DNA of 36,531 nt, from IMG/VR virus record IMGVR_UViG_3300011335_000561, positions 1 to 36,531 of that record. The stretch is one strand, 5' to 3'. Positions within the stretch are counted from its first letter, which is position 1, and the number at the start of each line of letters is the position of its first letter. Below, in pieces: positions 26,629 through 35,685 of this stretch. The stretch comes from a virus. Taxonomy: Duplodnaviria > Caudoviricetes. The notes under the pieces are model-generated. The model made no database searches, was not told where the DNA came from, and saw only the letters and a list, made by a program, of their open reading frames with translations. The translations under genes and the position numbers were made by a program.

Positions 26629-26850
26629 TTTAAAATAGTAGTTTCTCGTACAGACTACTATTTTCGATCCTGAAAAATGAGAATAGCTCAACTATTCAAA
26701 ACAGCTCTGAGAGTCAATGAAATGAGTGTCGTAGAACAAGTAAAAACGTTATCACTCTATTAATAAGTAGCAATTACATTATAGTCCTGAGAAAATTATA
26801 ATGTAATTGTGAACATTAGTATATTTTAAAACAACAAAAACTAAAAAACA

Positions 26851-27078
26851 ATGGACATATTAAATGACATAATTAATAAATTGAATAATAAATATTCAGG
26901 AAAATTAAATTGCCAACAACAAAAAGCTGATTTATTTGTGTATGTAAATGGTGTAGAAGAATCTATAAAAGAAATAACTACTCAAAAAATATATTTCAAT
27001 AATAGTGAGTGTGATGTTGATTTAATTGATGCTGATATTCATTCACTTGTATATATTAATCATATTCTTGACTTATAA
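26851..27078 (+). CDS. Hypothetical protein
   Basis: 75 aa, A-rich leader. Confidence 0.7.
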   Translation: MDILNDIINKLNNKYSGKLNCQQQKADLFVYVNGVEESIKEITTQKIYFNNSECDVDLIDADIHSLVYINHILDL

Positions 27079-27089
27079 ACTAAACAACA

Positions 27090-27833
27090 ATGAATACTGT
27101 AAAAGACTTAGCCTTAAACTGGTGGAATAAATTATCTAATAGAGAAAAAGCAAAATTGACTTTTTATTTTGATGCTGGTAGAAGATGGGAATGTTTATTT
27201 GAAGCAGAAATAGAAGACATATTCTATCAAGAGGTGATACTCAAATGGTACGTTGGTAAATATGGTAAAGTTGAATTTGATTATAATGAACAACAAATCA
27301 AAGAAATATACCTTAAAGAACATACTAAAGAACAACCACAAAATGAATGGGTAAGTTGTGAAGGTTATTCAGCACAAGAATATCCTGATTTTAAAAAAGG
27401 ATGGGGAATAGAATGTTTTAATGGTACAAAAGGAACTATTGAAGCCTATCAGAACCCTTATTTGCTTATTGAAGGGCAAGTTGACAAAATCCATAAAATG
27501 AATGTTAAAGCCTATATAACTTTTGAACAACCACAAGATAATACTATTGATGTGGAAGAAGTTTTTAATAACCCCAATTTATGTGCTTCATATTTTGGAG
27601 GAGCTTTAGAAGTTAAACAACCTTATTTTAAAGGTAAAGGAGAACATTCAGTTAATGAATTAGAAAAGATGTGCCAACAATACAAAGATTATGTTTCTCA
27701 TATCAATTCACAACCCAAAGCAATAGAAGATAATGTATGGGATGAAGTAGAAAGAATACTTTGGAATCCAGACCAATCAACAGGAAATAAAGTAGCAATG
27801 TTAAAAGCTAAATACTCACTAATTAAAAAATAA
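27090..27833 (+). CDS. Hypothetical mosaic protein
   Basis: 247 aa with repeated EQPQ linkers. Confidence 0.75.
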   Translation: MNTVKDLALNWWNKLSNREKAKLTFYFDAGRRWECLFEAEIEDIFYQEVILKWYVGKYGKVEFDYNEQQIKEIYLKEHTKEQPQNEWVSCEGYSAQEYPDFKKGWGIECFNGTKGTIEAYQNPYLLIEGQVDKIHKMNVKAYITFEQPQDNTIDVEEVFNNPNLCASYFGGALEVKQPYFKGKGEHSVNELEKMCQQYKDYVSHINSQPKAIEDNVWDEVERILWNPDQSTGNKVAMLKAKYSLIKK

Positions 27834-27840
27834 TAAAACA

Positions 27841-28017
27841 ATGGGATTTTTTTCAAACATTATTTCAGCAACAGTTAAGGTTGCATTAACTCCAGTAGCA
27901 GTAGTTAAAGATGCAGTTGATATAGTAGTAGGAAATGAAGCAGATAATACTAAAGACTTATTAAGTTCAGCAGGTGATGATTTTATAGATGCTATTGATG
28001 ATGCTACTGGAAATTAA
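27841..28017 (+). CDS. Small protein (58 aa)
   Basis: MGFFSNIISATVKVALTPVAVVKDAVDIVVGNEADNTKDLLSSAGDDFIDAIDDATGN*. Confidence 0.7.
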   Translation: MGFFSNIISATVKVALTPVAVVKDAVDIVVGNEADNTKDLLSSAGDDFIDAIDDATGN

Positions 28018-28036
28018 TAAATTAAATTAATAAACA

Positions 28037-28585
28037 ATGAAGCAATATAAACTCATAAACAAAACAACAGGAGAAGAAACATTATGTACTAAGGTAGTAG
28101 TAGATGGATTTGATTATTACTTAGGTGAAGAAGTAGAATTAGAAATGGGAAATTTAAAAACTGAAGAACCATATATTGAGCATACTCAAATCAATCCTAA
28201 TAGATATTCTTTATTTAAAAGAACCGATGAACAAGAAACTATTGAAAATAGTTGGAAAATTTTAGCAACGAACAATCCATCTATTGATATAGGACAAGTT
28301 ATTTCAGATGCAGAAATAGCTAACATCAATAGAGGTATTGATAAAGCAAATGGATATTTAAAAGATGAATTTGTTATTGGTTACAACACCCATTCATTAA
28401 CACATACATTAAGTGATGATGAAGTAGTGGAGTTTATGGAATGGTATAAAAATCATTTAGTTCAAATTTATGATAAGAAAACTAAATTATATGAAATTGA
28501 ATCTAAACCAAGATGTAAAATAACATCAAAAGAACTCCTACAACTATTTAAAGAACAACAAATAAAAACTTTGATATATGAATAA
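28037..28585 (+). CDS. Hypothetical protein
   Basis: 182 aa, KILAT..PSI and TSKELLQLFK modules. Confidence 0.75.
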   Translation: MKQYKLINKTTGEETLCTKVVVDGFDYYLGEEVELEMGNLKTEEPYIEHTQINPNRYSLFKRTDEQETIENSWKILATNNPSIDIGQVISDAEIANINRGIDKANGYLKDEFVIGYNTHSLTHTLSDDEVVEFMEWYKNHLVQIYDKKTKLYEIESKPRCKITSKELLQLFKEQQIKTLIYE

Positions 28586-28850
28586 CAATACAGAAACAAT
28601 AGAACAAAAAGCAGAACAATCTTTTAAAGCACATCATATTGGACAACAAGATTTAGCAAAAGATGTTTATGAAGATGGATTTAAGGCTGGAGCAAATGAA
28701 ATGTTACCTATCATAAAGGAATTAGGTGAAGCATTGAAAGAATTAGATTTTATTTATGGTAATAAAGATGCTTATACTAAAGATACAATTGGTTACAAAG
28801 CAGCTGAAAGAATTAGAACAACCTTAGACAAATATCAAAATTATTTATAA
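28578..28850 (+). CDS. Hypothetical protein
   Basis: 90 aa, GFKAGA motif, coupled to upstream gene. Confidence 0.7.
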   Translation: MNNNTETIEQKAEQSFKAHHIGQQDLAKDVYEDGFKAGANEMLPIIKELGEALKELDFIYGNKDAYTKDTIGYKAAERIRTTLDKYQNYL

Positions 28851-28888
28851 CAAACAGAGAGACACTCTTAAAACTGTAACAATGGAGA

Positions 28889-29101
28889 ATGAATCATTCA
28901 AAGAAGTTGTATAATGGCTTAGAAGCTGTTAAAAAAAGACGTAGGGCTGTAATAACTAGATTGGAAAGACAATTAGCTGCTGGCACTAAAATAGTGTCTA
29001 AAAAAGCCCCTAATGGAGTTATTGTTAGTTCTGAAGAATTAACAGAATCTGACATTAAACGTATTAAAAAAGAATTATCAGTTATTAAAGAAAGAATTTA
29101 A
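28889..29101 (+). CDS. Small basic hypothetical protein
   Basis: 70 aa. Confidence 0.7.
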   Translation: MNHSKKLYNGLEAVKKRRRAVITRLERQLAAGTKIVSKKAPNGVIVSSEELTESDIKRIKKELSVIKERI

Positions 29102-29130
29102 AGCTCAATATAACAATAATATGAGCTCTA

Positions 29131-29213
29131 ACCAGGCAAATTTGAGCCCTAAGTATTACTAGTAATTATATATATTATATAATGGTATTACTTAGAGCTC
29201 ATTTTTGCCTGGT
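29131..29213. repeat. 83-bp imperfect palindrome with (TA)n core
   Basis: ACCAGGCAAA..TGAGC.CTAAGTA / TACTTAG.GCTCA..TTTGCCTGGT. Confidence 0.8.
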
Positions 29214-29263
29214 ACCAAAACAGTAAAAAATCAAATTAAAAAACACAAATTAAAATTATTATT

Positions 29264-29521
29264 ATGATAGAATTAGTTGCTATGTTAGCTAAAACAATGT
29301 CTTTTGACCAAATTGTAACAAAAATACAAATTGATATTGATGAATATAAAGAAGCCAAACTTCTTGGTAAAGATTTAGAAAAAAATGAAGAACATTTAAA
29401 ATTCACTTGTTATTTATTAATATTAAACCGTATGGAAGGTGAAGCTAAAGATATTATTAAAAATATGGATAAAGTGAAAACACGTATGAATATGTTTGAA
29501 GAAGGTACTAACCAGAATTAA
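29264..29521 (+). CDS. Hypothetical protein
   Basis: 85 aa. Confidence 0.7.
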   Translation: MIELVAMLAKTMSFDQIVTKIQIDIDEYKEAKLLGKDLEKNEEHLKFTCYLLILNRMEGEAKDIIKNMDKVKTRMNMFEEGTNQN

Positions 29522-29528
29522 TTTATAA

Positions 29529-29690
29529 ATGGGACAAACAAAAACTTTATTTATGAAAGAAAGAGAATTTCCCCCACATATTGAAGAACAAAATGATGGG
29601 AAAAAACTATGGATTATAGAAGGATATAGAGTATGGGCTATGAATTATGAACAAGCTCTTGAACTTCTAGTTCTTATTAAATCATTTTAA
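29529..29690 (+). CDS. Small hypothetical protein
   Basis: MGQTKTLFMKEREFPPHIEEQNDGKKLWIIEGYRVWAMNYEQALELLVLIKSF*. Confidence 0.6.
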   Translation: MGQTKTLFMKEREFPPHIEEQNDGKKLWIIEGYRVWAMNYEQALELLVLIKSF

Positions 29691-29692
29691 AA

Positions 29693-29872
29693 ATGAAAAA
29701 AATGAATTACATTAAAGAATTACTTTTTGGTGTAAGGGCTCAGGGACAACGTGTTTCTGAGCCTATGTTACCAAAAGAAAGACCAATGAATGATGAAGAA
29801 TTCAACAAATGGTCTAAAAAGTTTAACGTTGGTGCAAGGTATGGACACAGGGGCTCATTTTATCACAATTAA
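29693..29872 (+). CDS. Small hypothetical protein (59 aa)
   Basis: MKKMNYIKELLFG...FNKWSKKFNVGARYGHRGSFYHN*. Confidence 0.6.
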   Translation: MKKMNYIKELLFGVRAQGQRVSEPMLPKERPMNDEEFNKWSKKFNVGARYGHRGSFYHN

Positions 29873-29882
29873 TTAATTAATT

Positions 29883-30446
29883 ATGCCTACAATTAACATC
29901 CCTGATAAAATACGTACTAAAATTTGTAAAACATGTAAAGAAGAAAGAGAAATTTTATTGTTTGAAATAAAATCTAGAAATAAAAGACGTTCTGTTTGTA
30001 GATTTTGTAAATCTGCTGTTCCTTATTCATTTTATAATTATCAAACTAAAGAACATCAAGAACTTGCTAGAAAAAACAATAAAATTATTAATAAACATTT
30101 AAAAAGAATTAAATTAAATCGTCATGTTTGTTCTTGTGGTTCTATAAGAGAATTAGGTAAATCACTTTGTAATACTTGTAGATTAAATAGTATAAAAAAA
30201 AATAACTGTCGTAAAAGAAAACCTAGAACTATTGAACAAGAAAAAATTAAAAATAATAAAAATGTAGAAAAATTATCTTTAAAATATGTTAGGTCAATTA
30301 TAAAAAAATCTATTAAAAATACAAATGATTTAATTATAAAAAGTGAAGACATATCAGATGATCTTTTACAAAATAAACGTAATCAATTATTATTAAAAAG
30401 AAAAATAAAAAACAATGATAACAAAGAAGAACAACACAGTAACTAA
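29883..30446 (+). CDS. Basic multi-Zn-finger protein
   Basis: CKTC, CRFC, CSC, CNTC; very Lys-rich. Confidence 0.7.
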   Translation: MPTINIPDKIRTKICKTCKEEREILLFEIKSRNKRRSVCRFCKSAVPYSFYNYQTKEHQELARKNNKIINKHLKRIKLNRHVCSCGSIRELGKSLCNTCRLNSIKKNNCRKRKPRTIEQEKIKNNKNVEKLSLKYVRSIIKKSIKNTNDLIIKSEDISDDLLQNKRNQLLLKRKIKNNDNKEEQHSN

Positions 30447-30657
30447 AGTGACTAAAACTTTAACAATTGATGATGTCCGTGTAGCTAATCAAGATATGGG
30501 TGATCAACTTAAAAATACTTATGACAAGACTGGAGACATTAAAGTGGCTGCCACTGCTGTAGGAGCTTATAATGTAGCTATTAAAGCAGCTCAATTACAA
30601 CTAATTTATAAGAAATTAACTGGTACTCCAGCTAATATGACTTGTTTAGAAGGGTAA
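30415..30657 (+). CDS. Hypothetical helical protein
   Basis: 80 aa, A-rich leader. Confidence 0.7.
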   Translation: MITKKNNTVTKVTKTLTIDDVRVANQDMGDQLKNTYDKTGDIKVAATAVGAYNVAIKAAQLQLIYKKLTGTPANMTCLEG

Positions 30658-30935
30658 TGAAAAATCCAAGACTTAAAAATGGATATGGAATGGTCTCTAG
30701 CTCTGTAGTTAGAGACCCTTCTATTTCATTAAGAGATAAGGGTCTTTATGCTTACTTAGCTAGTTATGCTGATATAGATAATACACTCACAGTTAGTGTA
30801 AACAAAGCAGCCTCTGAATGCAATGTAGATGTTTCTACAATAAGAAGGATTATAAGCCAACTTAAAAAAGATGGTATTATAATCAGAGAATTTAGAAAGA
30901 CTGGTGAGTCTTACAAAACAATCTTAAATAAATAA
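30657..30935 (+). CDS. Helix-turn-helix protein (phage Rep-type N-terminal HTH)
   Basis: YGMV...VVRDPSIS..DKGLYAYL..S....A..C..STI.R.I..L...G.I. Confidence 0.75.
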   Translation: MKNPRLKNGYGMVSSSVVRDPSISLRDKGLYAYLASYADIDNTLTVSVNKAASECNVDVSTIRRIISQLKKDGIIIREFRKTGESYKTILNK

Positions 30936-30965
30936 TTATTAAAAAACAAAACAAAAAAACAAGTT

Positions 30966-31532
30966 ATGGACTTAAAACAAACAAACAATTTAGACCTATC
31001 TATTAATAAAGATGATTTAATAGATATAATGATTGATAACAAGCTTACAGAGCTTGAGGCAGAACTTAAAATGGTTACAGATAAGAAAGATGCTTTAAGT
31101 GAAAAAGTTTCAGATAATCATAGTGAAACATATGAAAAACATCATAAATATTTGTTAAAGAAATTTTTACCAAAAACAATTGTTACAGATGAAATACCTA
31201 CTGTTAATGGTGGATATTATTCTGGTACTACATTAAGATTTAAATATAATGATTATGAAGTTGCTATACATAATTGTGACACTAGAGATGTATCAGCCTT
31301 TTGTAAAACTAAACAAGCAGAAAATGATAAATTGAATGTACAAATTAGAGAATTGAATACTAAAATTAATGAACTTAATATTGAAATAGTTAATATTCAA
31401 AAATCTCCTAAACGTTTAAAAGCTCAAATGCTTAAAAACTTCTTAGGAACTTCTAAAGATGGACAACAAGTGTTGGAATTAATTAATTCAAAAACAAAAA
31501 TTACTGCTAAAGGATTGTTAGCTGGTAACTAG
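30966..31532 (+). CDS. Coiled-coil hypothetical protein
   Basis: 188 aa. Confidence 0.75.
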   Translation: MDLKQTNNLDLSINKDDLIDIMIDNKLTELEAELKMVTDKKDALSEKVSDNHSETYEKHHKYLLKKFLPKTIVTDEIPTVNGGYYSGTTLRFKYNDYEVAIHNCDTRDVSAFCKTKQAENDKLNVQIRELNTKINELNIEIVNIQKSPKRLKAQMLKNFLGTSKDGQQVLELINSKTKITAKGLLAGN

Positions 31533-31540
31533 TAACATAA

Positions 31541-31705
31541 TTACACGATTTAGGGAGCCGTTTTAGTATAAACTATAAATCCCCTGGAGTCAAGCAATGA
31601 ACAATAGAAACTATATAGATTTGTAGAAGATCTGTATATGTTATATTAAGTAATCAAGAAGACACTAGTGTTATGACATAGAAAAAACGTCCCCTAAATG
31701 TGTAA
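31541..31705 (+). ncRNA. Candidate structured intergenic RNA
   Basis: TTACAC-G-ATTTAGGG..CGTTTT / AAAACG..CCCTAAAT-GTGTAA enclosing TATATAGATT/GATCTGTATA. Confidence 0.55.
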
Positions 31706-31728
31706 ATACAAAACAAAAACAAAATAAT

Positions 31729-32064
31729 ATGAGAAAATTTAAAGTTTACAATACTTATGATAGTATTATTGAAGTACATGATTATGATGTAACAATAGAA
31801 ACCACTGATAAAGGAGAAAATATCACTTTATATAGAAGTAATGGAGGAGATTGGGCTGATGATTGTAGAGGTGAAAAAATACTTTCTTTATTAGATACAG
31901 GTAATGGAATTATATTTCCTAAAACTATATATTCCAAAGAAGTGGACTATAATCAGTTAGCTGAACTATTTGTTGTTTTATCAGTTATAAACAAAACAGA
32001 TAGAGCTCCTATATATGGAGGCAGAGTTGAAGAAGTGATTGAATCAGTAAATTTTAACATATAA
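31729..32064 (+). CDS. Hypothetical protein
   Basis: 111 aa. Confidence 0.75.
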   Translation: MRKFKVYNTYDSIIEVHDYDVTIETTDKGENITLYRSNGGDWADDCRGEKILSLLDTGNGIIFPKTIYSKEVDYNQLAELFVVLSVINKTDRAPIYGGRVEEVIESVNFNI

Positions 32065-32066
32065 CA

Positions 32067-32393
32067 ATGGACGCATTTTCATTAGCTAAAGGACTTCACA
32101 ATATTAACATGGCTCTTATGTATTTTAAGATTGTTAAAATAGATTGTAAAGGAGATGTTAAAAATACATTTAACGGATATATAAATAAATGTGAATACAT
32201 TATTGATGATGTTAAAGCTAGTTTAGGAAAAGAAATACGTGATGTATTTAATGAAGAATTAAGAGATTCTTTAGAGATATTTGATATTAATGATAAAATA
32301 TTACATTTAAACTCTGAACAAAGAGTGTTAATTGATAATGTATTAGATGAAATTATCAAAGGAAAAGATGTTAAAATTTCTGTAGAAGATTAA
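32067..32393 (+). CDS. Hypothetical protein
   Basis: 108 aa. Confidence 0.75.
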   Translation: MDAFSLAKGLHNINMALMYFKIVKIDCKGDVKNTFNGYINKCEYIIDDVKASLGKEIRDVFNEELRDSLEIFDINDKILHLNSEQRVLIDNVLDEIIKGKDVKISVED

Positions 32394-32404
32394 AACAAAA
32401 AACA

Positions 32405-32968
32405 ATGACTGAAGAACAAATTAAAATAATTAGAGAAGACTATTTAAGTTTTATAAAAGAAAACATACAAGAAGAAGGAAGTATGAGTAGTAGTATTGGT
32501 ATATTTGCTGATATTATTGATAGTGAAGATGGTAAACCAGCTCTTATAGAAATTCCTATACCTGAAGAATATTTAAATAATGATAATACAAAAGAACATT
32601 TTGTAGAAGAAATTCTCCCTCAGATTATTAAAGAGTTTAAAAAACGTTTTATAGCTCATTCTGTAGTATGGAGTGCTGAAGCTTGGTTAAGAACTGTTCC
32701 AAAAGAAAAGATGGCTAGTATGGAAAATTATCAAGATATTCCTATTGCACATGAAGCTGTAGTAATTATAATTGATTCTAAAAATGGAACAGAATCTTTA
32801 GTTTATGAAATACAACGTCCTGCTTTATCTATTTCTACTGATGGTGAATTAGTAGAAAAAAAACAAAAAAACAAAATTGAACTAGTAGAAATGCCAGAAT
32901 TAAGTGGTTCTTTTAATGAAACATTCACTGGTAGATTTTCAAACTTATACAAAAAATTTACTGATTAA
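32405..32968 (+). CDS. Hypothetical acidic protein
   Basis: 187 aa, SAEAW motif. Confidence 0.75.
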   Translation: MTEEQIKIIREDYLSFIKENIQEEGSMSSSIGIFADIIDSEDGKPALIEIPIPEEYLNNDNTKEHFVEEILPQIIKEFKKRFIAHSVVWSAEAWLRTVPKEKMASMENYQDIPIAHEAVVIIIDSKNGTESLVYEIQRPALSISTDGELVEKKQKNKIELVEMPELSGSFNETFTGRFSNLYKKFTD

Positions 32969-33141
32969 TGATTAATTTAAAACATCTTTTTGGTCCTTAC
33001 ATTAAAAACTTAGAAAAAGAATGTGAAGAACTGAAAAAAGAAGTTAGTGAGATTAAAATGAAGCTTGTTGAAAAACAAGAACATATTAATACCACTAATA
33101 AATATTATAAAAAAAAGCTTAAAGAACTAACTAAACGTTAG
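32968..33141 (+). CDS. Small coiled-coil protein (57 aa)
   Basis: TAATG overlap with upstream gene; ..LVEKQEHINTTNKYYKKK.. Confidence 0.65.
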   Translation: MINLKHLFGPYIKNLEKECEELKKEVSEIKMKLVEKQEHINTTNKYYKKKLKELTKR

Positions 33142-33161
33142 TTATAGCTCTATAATCCATA
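33142..33161 (+). promoter_or_regulatory. 20-bp regulatory motif, copy 2
   Basis: TTATAGCTCTATAATCCATA, identical to 9879-9898 (-). Confidence 0.6.
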
Positions 33162-33229
33162 GAATATGTTGATATTGAAATTTATATAAATTTTGTTTGT
33201 TATTTTTATCAGATAAAATTGTATATAAG

Positions 33230-33481
33230 ATGATGTACCAATTACCTAATGGACGTGTGATAGAAATGAGCACTGAACAATATTTTGAAATGTCTGATGA
33301 AGAATTAGAATACTTAATAGCCTTTAATTATGGGGATTTAGTTGAAAACCCTTGGCATGGATCTATATTGAACAAAATTGATTTAACAGAAGACGAACCT
33401 AAAATATTCAAAGAACTCACAGATATACCTGATTTGGAAAAACTTTCAGATTTAGATATAGATTTTGAAATAGATGATTAA
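33230..33481 (+). CDS. Small highly acidic protein
   Basis: MMYQLPNGRVIEMSTEQY..; Asp/Glu-rich. Confidence 0.75.
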   Translation: MMYQLPNGRVIEMSTEQYFEMSDEELEYLIAFNYGDLVENPWHGSILNKIDLTEDEPKIFKELTDIPDLEKLSDLDIDFEIDD

Positions 33482-33500
33482 AACAAAAAACAAAAACAAC

Positions 33501-33971
33501 ATGAGTAAAGTTACAATTGTAGCAGACAAAAACGGAAATGTAATTGGAATTTCCCAAAATAACCCTGATTATGGTTATATGAGAGTAGAACAACAAGCTA
33601 TTCAGATTAATAATGAAGGCTGGTTAAGAAATGTAAAAAGATCTGCCTTAATAAAAGGTAGGACAGAAGATCTTTTAAGTACAGGATATGTTGAAGGAAC
33701 AACACTTCCTGGTAAAATTGTAGTGGTGGAATCATTAATTCCATTTAATACAGAAAATCCTGATAGAGATTTAAAAATAGCTGGTGATACAGGTATTATT
33801 TGCCGTGTAGATGATCAACCTATTTATAGACAATCTTTCTATACATCAAATCCAGATGCTGTAGATGAGTTATTAACTCATGATAACACTAATGAAATTA
33901 AAGAAGTGTTAGCTGCTCAAAAAGAAATGAGTTCTATGATCACTAACAAACAATCAGAACCAGTTTTATAA
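33501..33971 (+). CDS. Putative ssDNA-binding (OB-like) protein
   Basis: Beta-rich, NNPDYGY.RVEQ..K.AG.TG..C...QPIYR; followed by a terminator; function inferred. Confidence 0.45.
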   Translation: MSKVTIVADKNGNVIGISQNNPDYGYMRVEQQAIQINNEGWLRNVKRSALIKGRTEDLLSTGYVEGTTLPGKIVVVESLIPFNTENPDRDLKIAGDTGIICRVDDQPIYRQSFYTSNPDAVDELLTHDNTNEIKEVLAAQKEMSSMITNKQSEPVL

Positions 33972-33991
33972 AAAAACAATTATAGAAACGT

Positions 33992-34026
33992 AAAGGGAGT
34001 CTACTAAAAATAGGCTCCCTTTTTTT
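33992..34026 (+). terminator. Rho-independent terminator
   Basis: AAAGGGAGTCTA/TAGGCTCCCTTT + T-run. Confidence 0.85.
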
Positions 34027-34052
34027 ATATTCACAATTAAATAAATTTTAAA

Positions 34053-34580
34053 ATGACAAAATTTAATGAACAGAAATCAATTTCTGCTAACTCCAATGGT
34101 ATTATAGTATCTTATGGAGAAAACAATAAACACCAATTTATGAGGTATGACTTCATAAAAAAGATTCAACAAGAAGGTACTGTTAAGTATCAAAAGATTG
34201 AGGAGAATGTTTTAAAACTATCTCTAAAACAACAAGATATTTATTCTAAAGTTGTTTATGGTTTCACTGCATATTCTATACATGAAATCAATGTAATGAC
34301 TGAAGAACAAAAAAGAAATGTTAAAATTACATTTACTAAAGCTCAAAGAATACTACGTAATTGGAAACAAGACATCACTTTTACAAATGTAGATAATTTC
34401 TTATTAGCATTATTTCCTAATAGTAAGTTAGTAAAACATTTAACTAATGTTAAAGGACATTTAGATGAATTAGAAGATGAAACATTTAGTTTTAAAGAAC
34501 TGGGGCTTAAAAAGATTGACATTATTAATAAACTTTTAGAAGTGGGGTTATTACCAAAAAACTTTTATCAATTGAGATAA
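34053..34580 (+). CDS. Conserved hypothetical protein
   Basis: 175 aa, ends L...GLLPKNF. Confidence 0.75.
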   Translation: MTKFNEQKSISANSNGIIVSYGENNKHQFMRYDFIKKIQQEGTVKYQKIEENVLKLSLKQQDIYSKVVYGFTAYSIHEINVMTEEQKRNVKITFTKAQRILRNWKQDITFTNVDNFLLALFPNSKLVKHLTNVKGHLDELEDETFSFKELGLKKIDIINKLLEVGLLPKNFYQLR

Positions 34581-34601
34581 TAATATTAATTTTACAGTCT
34601 T

Positions 34602-35006
34602 ATGGGAATACAAGTTAAATTAAAAATATGTACAGGATGTCAAGAACCTAGTTACATATATAAGTCTGAAGGTAAGAATGAAAAGTATTGTAAAACATGT
34701 TGGTTTAAAAAAGAAAAACCTAAAGCTATTGCTCCTGTTTCTAAAAAGAAAAAAGAAGAAATGGATATTTATTCTAAGCTTAGAACAGGTTTTCTTATTA
34801 TTAATCCTTATTGTCAAGTGAAACTTCCTGGATGTATTATTAGAGCTACAGATATACATCATCTGTATTCTGGTAGAGATAGAGAGAAGTATTATTTAAA
34901 GACAACTACTTGGAAAAGTTCATGTAGATTATGTCATGATCAAATTCACAATGAATTATCTTCAGATGAAGCTATAGCATTAGGACTTAAACTTATAGAT
35001 AATTAA
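34602..35006 (+). CDS. HNH-family nuclease with N-terminal Zn ribbon
   Basis: CQV..PGC..ATDIHH...GR..W...CRLCH..IH. Confidence 0.8.
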   Translation: MGIQVKLKICTGCQEPSYIYKSEGKNEKYCKTCWFKKEKPKAIAPVSKKKKEEMDIYSKLRTGFLIINPYCQVKLPGCIIRATDIHHLYSGRDREKYYLKTTTWKSSCRLCHDQIHNELSSDEAIALGLKLIDN

Positions 35007-35195
35007 AACTTTGTTTTACAAAGGCTACACACGTCCTTGTATTTCTATACTGGGGACTTTTATTTTTTAACAATTAAACAAATCAAATATGAAAATCTGT
35101 AATTTTGTAGACAAAATAGGAGATTGGATTAATAATCATCCTTTTGAAATGATTTCAATAATTATAGTATTAATTATAATTTTAAAATAATAATT

Positions 35196-35504
35196 ATGTG
35201 TACAGCAATATGTATTAATGATCAAAACCGTCCCAAGGAAATACCACAGAATAAGTGGTTAAAGAAAGGACAAGAATATACAATCATATTTACAACATTA
35301 TGTAAACCACAAAATGAAATAGGGGTACATATTGCTGAAATAGAATTAGATGAGTCTTGTTCTCCTTATGAGTTTTTCTTATTAAACAGGTTTGCTTTCA
35401 CTGAAGAGAATTTATTATTATTACAAGAACTAATAAAAAACTGCAATGACACTGATTTCTCAATTGAAGAATTATTGGAGCAAACTGTTCTCCAAGAAGT
35501 ATAA
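35196..35504 (+). CDS. Hypothetical protein
   Basis: AICIND..RP.EIP..KW..KG..Y..PYE.F...RF. Confidence 0.75.
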   Translation: MCTAICINDQNRPKEIPQNKWLKKGQEYTIIFTTLCKPQNEIGVHIAEIELDESCSPYEFFLLNRFAFTEENLLLLQELIKNCNDTDFSIEELLEQTVLQEV

Positions 35505-35685
35505 AATAGGAGATGAAATAGAATTTATACAAAAAATAGATTCTATTCCTACAAAAATGAGAGGGGTTATAGAAGATATTAATGAACGTTCTATGTATCC
35601 TTATTGTATAAAACTTTCTGATCCTTTTAATCATAATGGTTGGCAAGTGAGTTATATAAACATAGATAAAAAACAAATATTATGA
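35446..35685 (+). CDS. Small KOW-like protein
   Basis: YKIGDEI; TGA overlaps the next ATG. Confidence 0.5.
   Translation: MTLISQLKNYWSKLFSKKYKIGDEIEFIQKIDSIPTKMRGVIEDINERSMYPYCIKLSDPFNHNGWQVSYINIDKKQIL

Noticed and set aside
26632-26700. tRNA suggested by TTCGATCC
   Set aside because: No cloverleaf, D-arm or acceptor stem; no tRNA recognised anywhere in the window
21580-35676. Minus-strand or nested ORFs at 21580, 23764, 23843, 30122, 32096, 34620, 35398
   Set aside because: Antisense to or nested in better genes, or lying in hairpin-rich non-coding DNA against the local gene direction
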